Shown in pieces: positions 53,677 to 64,000 of a stretch of DNA of 64,000 nucleotides. The position numbers and the translations under genes were made by a program. A model generated the notes under the pieces. The model was not told the origin of the DNA. It was given only the letters and a program-made list of their open reading frames with translations, and did not search any database. Numbering within the stretch: the stretch's first letter is position 1; every line of letters begins with the position of its first letter. The stretch is from Gnetum montanum (lineage: Eukaryota > Plantae > Gnetophyta): NCBI GenBank assembly GCA_015680685.1, contig MNCI01001077.1, positions 129,627 to 193,626 of the forward strand, written 5' to 3'.

Positions 53677-55195
53677 TTATATCAAAGCCAAAGCATCCTC
53701 CAACACATTTTCACTACCCATTTTTTTTTCACTTTCTGCCTTAGAGATACAAAATTCAAGAACCTTCCTATACAGCTTTATCATCTTATCAAGCATAACT
53801 AAGGATCGTTGATGATCTTGAATCACAACATCCAAATTTACTTTCATTAGCTCACATTCACGAGCACGGCGATCAATTATTTGCATGCCTTTATTAAAAG
53901 AATTAGCAGCCAACCAAGGATCAATTCCAAACTTTGATGTAAGAGGCCAGAAAATATCATTAGAATGAATGAAGTTTTCAAGATCTGTAGTTTTATAGTC
54001 ATCATAACATTTGTCAGGAACCACATTACGGTATTGTAAACCATCATGGAAAGGGCAGAAAGCCTGTCCAGAGAGTGCAAAGATAAGAACACTGTTCAGA
54101 GGACCCATGTTGGGCTGTAAAATCCTTGTGATGCAATTGCTGAGTGTCCCACATTGTGATCATACATTCTTGTGATGCTGAAACCAAGGTGAGACCATCT
54201 GCGCAAAAACTTAGAGATGTGATTGCACCAATGTGATTGAAAAATGAACCTAATATTCCATCTACATTGTCAAGCTCAGATCTTCTCCTGCTATTAGCAT
54301 GCTTCAAGGGAATAATATAGATCCCACCATCACTGCAACCTGCATACAATACATGTTCAGTGGGATCAAGAGCAATAGCGTGAACTACAGTAGGCATCTT
54401 GAAAGTCTTCAGATGGGTACCCAGGCCCAAGCTCCAGATCTTAACAGTGCAGTCCACAGAAGAAGAAACCAACCAAGCATTACATCCACCCACACCACAT
54501 GCAAGAGCAGTCACAGGAAGAGAATGTGCGAAGAGACAGTGAAGGGCAGATACTGCTTGAGAAGTCACGTCAGCAATATCCAAAATGATTCAGTGGCCAT
54601 ACATTGACAATGCCATCATCAGCACCAGAAATTATCAGAGATTCATCATCTGATAGAGCCAATGAACCAACCATTTTATTGTGGGGACATTATGACCGAA
54701 TTAACTGACCAGACCCCAATTCCCACACATGCATCTTTCCTGACCAAACCACAAACTCATCTTTTTCAGCATTCCAGTAGATCTGGACTCGGTTTTCTCA
54801 AAGGCTGCTATATGCAATTCTCTATCAAATAATATACATAAATACAGAACATAAACATTGCAATACCTGAATTTCATGCTTGCCTGAGACGGCACCACCA
54901 AAGAGATAAGCCCCATCAGAAGCACCAAGAGGACCGATTTCTTTGTGGGAATCTGGCTGTAGATGTAAGGATGATGCCATTTCCAGAAGCTTATCGATGC
55001 TGATGCAGATGCTCCGAGCGAGCAAGAAGTAGGGATGACAACCATAGAGTTTAAGGGTGAGCAGTGGGCAAGGAGACATCCTGTTGCCACATCCCACATT
55101 GTAAATCTGCCCTCGTTATGTTGCAATGACCATCCCACCATGACTTCACTCTCACTCTTTGGAAATCTAAATAGCAAGTTCATTGATTCGTCCAT
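53677..55195 (-). pseudogene. RID3: WD40 protein, ROOT INITIATION DEFECTIVE 3 / IPI3 / WDR18 family, disrupted
   Basis: DGAYLFGGAVSG|KMHVWELGSG, LSDDESLIISGADDG, GGCNAWLVSSSVDCTVKIWSL, ALDPTEHVLYAG, LSFCADGLTLVSAS, GPLNSV, C-terminal coiled coil; in-frame TAA at 54690-54692 and about three frameshifts; intron 54740-54883. Confidence 0.85.
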
Positions 55196-55682
55196 TTTGT
55201 CTGCAGCAAAGATATTTTTCCCTAATTTAAATATTTAGTTGAAGATACAGAAGCCATGTCTGTGCAATAAATTTATAGTTTCCAAAACATCCAAATTTGC
55301 TACCTTAAAAGGTCTTCTATAAAGGAAAATATGAACAAATTGCAGGAATAGAACAAATCATGAGAACAGTATAGCATGTAAGAAATAATTGTGAAAAAAA
55401 AATCCAGATTGCACCAGTAATCAAAGTACATAATGTGGAAGCAAATGGAACTGGCCTCCAACCATTGATGCTTTCAATTAATCTTGTTCAGATTCTTCTT
55501 TCATAGTGGTGCTCTGCAACAATGCTGTATGCAACCTCCAAGAATCTGTGAAAGGGACCTAAACTACAATCTTGCTATGATTCATGGTGTCTTTGTTCTT
55601 CCATCAGGAATGAATTTATAGGCTACGGCATCAGTTACCATAAGAGACCCAATGCGCACATGTAAAAAACACTTTACCGGAT

Positions 55683-55880
55683 ATGGAGACCACATTGATG
55701 CATTAACCAACTCATAAAAATGTGTTAGTGGGCATGGTGGCCACTTTCATGCATTAACTAACCCATAAAATGCATTAGTTGCCATGGAGCCCACTTTCAT
55801 GCACTAACCCATAAAATGCATTAGTGGGCATGGTGACCACTTTCATGCATTAACTAATGCATAAAACACATTAGTGGGTA
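55683..55880. repeat. Minisatellite, ~50-bp unit, ~4 copies
   Basis: ccactttcatgcattaactaacccataaaatgcattagtgggcatgg repeated. Confidence 0.85.
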
Positions 55881-56727
55881 ACACATGCTACATAGCAATG
55901 AAATATAGTGTTAGAATTAATTTCAGAACTGAATGTAGCTATGTTAGGTTGTTATAGTTTGATAATGCAGTTTATCAATCAAATGACAGCTAACATAAAA
56001 CAAAAACAGTTAACATCGAAATAATAGATAGAATACATCATAAGTCCATTATTGCTTCTTGAGATTCCTTATTATTTTATAACTAGCTGTGCAATTGCTC
56101 GGTTTTGAAATTAAAAGGAGAAAAGCTCAAATTACAACATAAGAAATGACCGCGTAAGAAATAAGAGGGACACAATTCAGAATACTGCACTACTGAAATT
56201 GCTTCCAATTTGTTAAATGTTGACAGACATAGCTGCATTATTATGAACAAGAGGTCGTACTTTTAAAAAATGCAGAAAAATAAAAGTGATGGCCTTAAAC
56301 TGAATCAGATATTTAGCTGTTGCATTAAAAAAATCAAAAACATGGGTTGTTAATTTTGTTAGAACACCAATGATGTGATAGTTAAACTGATAATTTGCTA
56401 GTGTATCAAGCAATTAGCTGCAATATCAAGCTATATTAAAGGAACTGGTTATAACTTGGCCTTTTGAGGCACAAGAACCCTGTGTGAACAAGGCTGACCA
56501 TGTGTCTGGTGGTTATACAATTAACTTATAACATCTTGCTTCTTTCTCGAAACGCCTTAAGCACCACTGCCCATTTAAACATTCAAAATATAAATGGTGT
56601 TGAAACTTGCCTAAAACTACAAAACCAGGATACTTGAGTTGCCAAGTTTGCAAGCAAAGAAACAAGCTAAGTTTTCTGTTCTAATCAGATGAGAGAGATT
56701 ATCCAAACATCTTTTGCTGACTCACTT

Positions 56728-56807
56728 AAAGCTTTGGGTACAAGCCTTTAAATCAATAGCAGTGCAGAAAGCTTTGGGTACAAGCCTTTAAATCAATAGC
56801 ACTGCAG
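56728..56807. repeat. 40-bp tandem duplication
   Basis: aaagctttgggtacaagcctttaaatcaatagca(g/c)tgcag x2. Confidence 0.95.
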
Positions 56808-58559
56808 ATAGCTATTAGACCATGTGACGAATTAATGCTTCAAAAGGGAAGAACAACAGAACCCATCTACATAGAGCTCCAGGTAGAACTTTTATCACCA
56901 AACAAGAAGAAACAAATACAGATATTGAAAAGGCAGGCTCAATGAATCATGAAAAAGATTTCTCAATGAGATTAAAGTTCTTCGACAAGGAAGAGCCACT
57001 TCCTGTTGGGGTAAAATAAAAATATACAATATTTATATTTGTTGGCATCCATGTAATTAAATATGTAAGTAAAAATCTTGCCAAGATTTATGCAAAAGCA
57101 GCCCCTAGTATTTCTTAAAATTTTGAAGGAATATTACCAATGAAATGGAACATAACAAAAAAAAATTCTAGAAAAAGGAAGAAAATAAAATTTTAATAAG
57201 AAGATCAGAGTTTTTTGATAGAGCAGAGGAATACAACAATGCAAGCTGAATCTCTTCTCCTTCTAATGGGCTTCTAAATAAATAACTTGATGAGAAAGAA
57301 ATAAAGAAGTCAGAAAACCTATAGGTTGAAGTTCTGAATGTGAACCACAGCGAAACAAAAGCATTTTTCATTGATATTAGTAAACAAAAATTCTGTCAGG
57401 CATTCTTTACTAAAAATAAAATAAAAATTTGAAATGATTTGCTCCAGGGCATGACATGGACACCAGGGCCAAACTAGGTACTGTTTGAACGGCTGCAACA
57501 ATGACTTTTAACTCTAACAATTAAGATAAATGTTAACTTTTGAACTATCTTTTTGTCTTTTATTCATTTTTTGGAACAAGAGGCTCAAGGATTTAATCAC
57601 TTAAAACTAACACTAAAAATTCAAGAGAATACCTAATAAAATATCTTGTATGTTCTTGCTGGATTTTTTTCTGTAAATTATCAATAGTAGATCACTAATG
57701 CTAAATAATATTTTATATATAACACTTAGAGGGAGCCTCTCAGGAACAGTAAATAATATTCTGTCCATCATGCTCCTGAAAGAACCTATAAGTAACACTA
57801 AATAATATTCTATCCATAATGCCAACATACTTGCTCAAGTATTTATATCTTTGTCATGCAATGCATAAAAAATTAAATTGAGAAGGCAAAGAGAGCATGC
57901 ATCGAAAACAACAATATATGAGAATCTAGAAATATTTTAGGGTACAAGATTTATTATCAATCTTGGAATTAGTTATCCTTTCCATTATGCAATCATAGCA
58001 ATCTTACCAAATTTGTTGTGGAATACATCTAATGTAGTAAACTGGTGACTTGCATAATTTTCAATACAGTAAAATTCAGTTTTTGCAAGATTCTCTGGAA
58101 AAAATTATAGATATATATTATAAATATATAACTAAGTTAGATGGCTACCAAGCCCAAAAGCTATCAAAAGCACCATGAATGAAAGTGCATGATGCATGAT
58201 ACGCACCAAATGTTCGTTACTCTTTTAATGCTCCTCTGGTCACTTAACGCTATCCTACCATCCATGTATGAAGAAGAAGCGTATACAAGTCCATTTTCTA
58301 GTTTTCAGGCATGGATGGACTTTTATACCCTCGTAGAAGGACACTTTGAGTGCACTTCTGCAAAAAAAACGAAACGCTCGTAGAATAAGCACAAAAAAAG
58401 AAAATAGCCAGCTAAAAATTTGCAACTATGCTGGAAAATAGGCAGGTGATTATGAGTGGTTTTACTATAATAAGAAAATGCTTTATAATATAACAATGAG
58501 TAGCATTAAACACTTTGAGTGCACTAATCAAAATAGTTTATAGTTTAGGCTTGTTTGGG

Positions 58560-61500
58560 AATGTGGTGGCAATGCCCTATGACAAGGCATTGTTTATTTT
58601 GCTTTTAACAAGTGTGTGTTTTTCTTTGTGTTTATGTGTAGATTTGAACTTACAAATGAAATGGCACACAACATTGAAGGTACGAGGGTCTTTAACTCTA
58701 ATAGATCCAAAAAAAAAAAAGTTGGTCCAAGTTGTGTTTAAGAATGCAATGGACAATTCTCAACCACCAATAGTCCTAGTTTACCACCAAGATATGAAAG
58801 GAAGGTGGAGAGATATGCTAGGACAATTTTGCAAGAAACTAATTGAGGCTTCCTAAGCAAGTCTTGTGGAGACTTTAACTAATTTTGGTCTTTTGGATGA
58901 TTTATTGTTTTACAAGGTCTTAGAGTCCAATGAGAAGAAGCATAAGTATTATCAAAGATAAGAACTCTATGATTGTTTAGCTGAAGAGGAGGAACAATAG
59001 TGTAAGACCTTTGGGGATGGACACTTTGATGATGATGAGAAAAATCTTGACTCCAAGGGCAAGAAGAAGATTTCTCACAAAGATTCCTTGCTATGAAGAG
59101 GAAGGAGGACCCCATGGCAACAAGCTACTTTCCCAATTCCAATATCTTCATTTCATTAGGGATGGTGGTGATGAGATTACCAAGAGTTGAATGAGGATAT
59201 CCACATTTCAAGGTAGCACATTGGTGTGAGTAGAATCCAATGCATTAACATGATGGATGTTCCAACCTACTGAGGATGTACTAATGATGACCTTGAACTT
59301 GATTTATAAGCATTTGATAATACTTTCTACTTACAAAGGATTGTGAGTAATTGGAAAAAGTTTTAGTTTTTCTTCTATGCATTCATTAAACATGCTGAGA
59401 CCTTGTACAAATATTTGTCTACCAGGTTAATTCAATTGTGGATAGACATGGTTCATGTGGTTTATGCCAAATTCTAAACTTATGCCTACATTACAAATAG
59501 TCGAAGGATGATGGGTATGTAGAAGTAGGGATCCCATGAATCTTTGGACAAGGCCATGGAGAGGTACATGAAAATTACTCATCGTGTCCAAATCATAGCT
59601 TCTCTAAGAAAGAACAATTAATACATATTATGGAGATATTAATGCAAGAGACTAGAGAACATGTAGATATGTACACGATGGACCAAGTTCATAAAAAATC
59701 TACAACACAAATTAAGATGTTGGACACTGTTATAGGAATGAAAAATGAGTGGCAAAAGGGATATCATGTAGAGGAGCATAATCATGATCCATAATAGAGG
59801 AATAAATTCAAGAACAATGAAGGTGAACATGAAGCTTCAAATGTCTTCTAGATCCTAGTGTAGAACCAAGTTAGAACCAAAAAGGCCTTGATGGATCTAG
59901 CCTACAAAGTGGATAAAGTATGGGATCCAATGAATAAGAGGATAATAACTACCCTCAAATAAATTGAAGCTAAGGTTGTTAATTCTATGGAGAAAGTTTT
60001 TTCTCCTCCTAATCATGAGAAGAAGGAAGATGATATGGGCATGACCAAAGTCTATTCATCTAAGCATGCTAAAGTAGAAGAAAAAATTTCATCATTTGAT
60101 GACTAACATCCTTGTGATTATTGTGCAAACTATCATGACTCGTATTGTTACTTGGTCATGGCACATATGATTGGTGAAATGGGGATGCCTTTGAATGCTA
60201 AATTTGTCAAAACGAAAACAAGGAGCATGTCTTACCAAACTAGATCTCATTATCCAACTAGTGCATGCTTGTAGTCCACATATTAGTATCAACAATGTCA
60301 AGCTTCAAACCATTGGAATGCTACTCCATGGAACCAACTTTCTCTAGTGTAACAATATCATATACTTCTTTTCAACTAATATTTCCAAGGTTCCTAGCAA
60401 GTTACTTATCAAAATCTTCAAATGATCCAACAAATATACCTAGCAATAACTAATTCTCCTAATACATAACCTCAACAATAACAAGTCAATCAATCACTTC
60501 TAATCCCTTCCAAGGAAGGATACCAAGTCAACCACAACTAAGAAAACAAAAATTTTATGTTGTTTTCTAGTATATTGATCACTTAATTATGTATTCAACT
60601 AGGCAATATAATGAACCACCTATGACCTTAGTTGTGAAAGAAAGTAGTTAATCTTTTGGCTAAAATATTTCCATAAGCATAGAAGACCATGTCATGAGGC
60701 TTCATCCAACAATACCTCTTCACCTGATGAAGAGGACAAGGCTACATCAAACACATGGATTAAGGTAGAGGAGATCTTGCTACAATTTCCTAAATGCTAC
60801 AGAGGAAATGCACTTATATTAGGGAAAGAATCCTTAATGTCTAGCAAATCATATTAGAAAGGTCATAATAGTGATTGTGTGATCACCATTTCCATATCTA
60901 AGATAACCACTCTTGTGGTTAAGGAAGGTCACATACCTAAGAAAATACTAGATGCTAGTATTTCCATTGTTGAACTTCAAATTGATGAGAAGCATCATTA
61001 CCAAATTCTCTATGACTCTAACTTTAAAGTTAACATCATTTCATTATAATAGTACCTTGATTAGGGGCTTCCGTTTCTTAAGAGTACCAACATTCATCTT
61101 GAGCTAGTATATTAGTCTTACAGTTATCAAGTGGGATAAGTGAATGATGTCATAATAACCTTTGAAGGTTGGTCCTACTATATTGATATTTTGGTGATCG
61201 AACCATGCTCTAAGATAGAAACCAATTTTCTAGTAATCATGGGAAGAACTTGACTAACCACCATTGATGTTAGGATTGTGTTCCAAGGCTTACAGTTGGA
61301 AATTGATCAGATGGATGAGATGTAAAGCACTAAATACAAGCAAATATCTTGTAATTCTTCCTAATATTATCACAAAAAATGATGTTTTTGCTATTTTAAA
61401 AATCATATCTATGCTATTGGACACATAGTCTACCTTGAATAAATACTTGTTCATGATGCAACTAGGGAGATCTTAGATGATTTGCATAAGCCAAGGAAGG

Positions 61501-64000
61501 ACATGTGGATTTTCTTTTAAAGATTTAAACCATTATTACTTATCCCTTTTCTCTCTTTACCTTACCAACATTATCATTTGCAAATTCAAAATTCATGAAA
61601 ATAAATATTATTGCTATAGCAATTGAGTATGATCTTGAGTTTTGAGAAACTCTTGATTTATTCCAGAATATTCTTATAGCACCATTGGAGCTTAAGCCAC
61701 TTCCAAAGGGCTTAAAATACATGTTCCTCATATAAGATCATCTTATTATTATAAATTCATCCTTGGAAATCCAATAGAAAGAAGATTTAAGAGAGGTAGT
61801 TATTAAATCAAAGTCTATATTTACTTAGTTTGATAATGAACTCATGAGAATTGACCCTCTATCTATTAGCACCAAATCTACATGGATCCAACTATCAAAC
61901 CTCATAGAATATTGCAAGGATGATTATATCCAAATATGAAGGATGTTATGAAGAATAAATTTTTTCTTCTCTTGTGGACTAGTTTCATTACATCAATCTA
62001 TAACATTGACTGGGTAAGTTCTATAGTAATCACATTCAAGAAAGGTAATGAATTTTGTGTATGTATCAATTATAGTTTCTTGAATGCTACAACTTTCAAG
62101 GATTATTTCCCATTATCCTTTTTTGAATAGATACTTGACATCCTTTAGTAAGAGTACTAGAGCTTTCTTGATGACTACTCATCTTAAAATCAAATACAAA
62201 TAGAGCCAAAGGATGAAGTAAGACTATCTTCATCTACCCATGGGGAACATTGTATTTCATGCACATGCCCATTAGTTTGTACAACACATATGTAACCTTC
62301 CAAAGGTTGGTGATTTCTATTTTCCATGACTACATTAGCAAGAGTGTGGAAGTCTTTATATAATATTTTTTTCACATAGAGTAGAACATTTTAAGAAGCC
62401 TTAAATAAACTTAAATTTTTCTTGCATCATTATTGTTAAGTTAACCTTAAGCTTAAATAGAAAAAATTCCAACTCATGATGAGTAAATGCATTATCCTTA
62501 GCCACATATTCTCTCAAATGGGGATAGAAGTAAATTCTAAAAGGATACGTATCATTCAAAATATAACACAAGTGTCCATGACAATCAAGAAGGTACAATT
62601 TTTTCTTGAACACATTGGCTATTATTGTAGCTTTATAAAATATTTTTCTAGAATATCGAGACCATTGTTTGAGATCATGAAGAAGAATATCCCATTCACT
62701 TAAAATGATGAAATTTCTTCAAATATTTGAAGGAAAGGTTAATACAAATCCCTACGTTAAAGAACCTAGATTGGGCTTGTCCCTTTCACATTAACAAAGA
62801 TGCATTGGACTATGACTTGAGGGTTATTCTAATGAAATATGATAATAACAAGAGGTCCTATCATATTTGATGTGGAGCCTACATCAATAGACTCAAAAAG
62901 AATAGATTCCATAAGTTTCCTAAACAAGTTAATCTTAGCAAACTAGAACAACAAAAAGAAATGGAGAAAATTCTTCCTTTTTTTAAGACAACTCCCAAAA
63001 TGTAGAGAAATACATCAAGATTGAGGAGCCAACCTCAACTCATAACTCTCCCAAGGGTCTTAGAGTTCATACATATCTTCTTTCAATCCTTTATTACTCA
63101 CAATGGGGCCAATTCTTTAGAAAAAATAGTTATATAAGAGATTATCTCAAACTCTTTCGAGTGCCCTTCCTTGCCTACACTCAACTCTCTTGCACAAGCT
63201 CTCTAGAGATCTCTCAAATCCCTCACTTAATTCTATTCTCTTATTCTTTCTCAAACATAGGATTTAGACTCTTAATTATAGCTTATTTATATCACCTTTT
63301 GTCTTCCTTTATATTTAAAAATAAAAATTACTTTCCATTGCTTACCAAAGAAATCTTATAGTCTAAGGAGACATCCTGCTTTAATGTAAATGAGTTGCAA
63401 GAGATATTTTGTATGTAGAGAACATCTTTATCACAATGAAGAGACATCTATCTCTAAAATGATACATCTATTTTCTAGAGAAGACATCTCCACTATAGAG
63501 AAGATGTCTCTCCTACCAAGGTTAAAATTCAAGATGCTCATTGTAAGGTTTGAAACATTTTGTCATCTTCAAATAAGTCCCCATTGATCTCAAAAATCCA
63601 TAAACTCATTAAAATAGGATCTAAACACCATAGAATAAGCAAAAACACCCTAGAATCATCATTAACAATATCAACACAAGATGAAAAACACAAATAAGAC
63701 CCATATATCCAAAATACATTAAGGATTACACAAGCGCTAGGTGATGTTCTCATCAACATCCATTTTGCTAGGATGAGCATTGTAGAACCTCAACTTAATT
63801 CTAGTATCATAGAGAAGAAATTGATGGGCACTATCTTTGGGCTTCAAACATTCTTACACTATGTTCTTAGGTGCAAATTCTTCATTCATATTGATTACAG
63901 TGCCATCTAGTATCTCATGAATGAGCCAAATGTCTATCCTCATGTGATGTGATGGCTTGTATTCCTTTATGAGTTCAATATACATATGATGGATCACAAA
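58560..64000 (+). mobile_element. Heavily decayed Athila-like gag-pol element C
   Basis: PR region GWSYYIDIL...VIMGRT parallels B GWSYPIDFL...IIMGRV; RT TFKDYFPLSF (61936-62130), FLEHIGYY; RNase H at 63760-64000; no LTR recognised. Confidence 0.8.
62868..63755 (+). mobile_element. Solo LTR inserted in element C RNase H
   Basis: TGATG...CATCA termini; degenerate TSD ATATT/ACATC; removal restores KRSYHIHFAR; TATATAA at 63131. Confidence 0.75.

Noticed and set aside
55400-58500. Additional exons or a second gene upstream of RID3; repeated cactttgagtgcact (58342, 58511)
   Set aside because: No coherent frame or splice chain; the 15-bp repeat could not be tied to element termini

Overview
Eukaryotic, AT-rich, CpG-depleted DNA typical of a large methylated land-plant genome; the species cannot be determined from this window. 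About 85% is nested, decayed Ty3/gypsy LTR retrotransposons. There are three Tat-clade elements on the minus strand: T1 (1-5125), T2 (5126-18085) and T3 (~18086-39920). Two Athila-type elements are intact-bounded with both LTRs and perfect 5-bp TSDs: A (6293-14787, ATATG) and B (41183-51829, AAGAC). An older plus-strand Athila-like element runs from ~58560 to the window end, and there are three solo-LTR-type insertions. The only host gene is a disrupted WD40 gene of the RID3/IPI3/WDR18 family (53677-55195, minus). The most unusual structure is T3. Its gag-protease frame stops after the protease and is separated from RT-RH-aRH-INT by ~8.5 kb of apparently element-own sequence. That spacer holds a ~190-bp-period array of CACATG palindromes shared with the element's LTR and 5' UTR, divergent TATA-like boxes, and a decayed multi-exon gene in antisense. 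Athila A shows a parallel design: an internal copy of its LTR TATA plus palindrome module lies upstream of its env-like ORF. All domain calls come from motif recognition by eye, not database searches.
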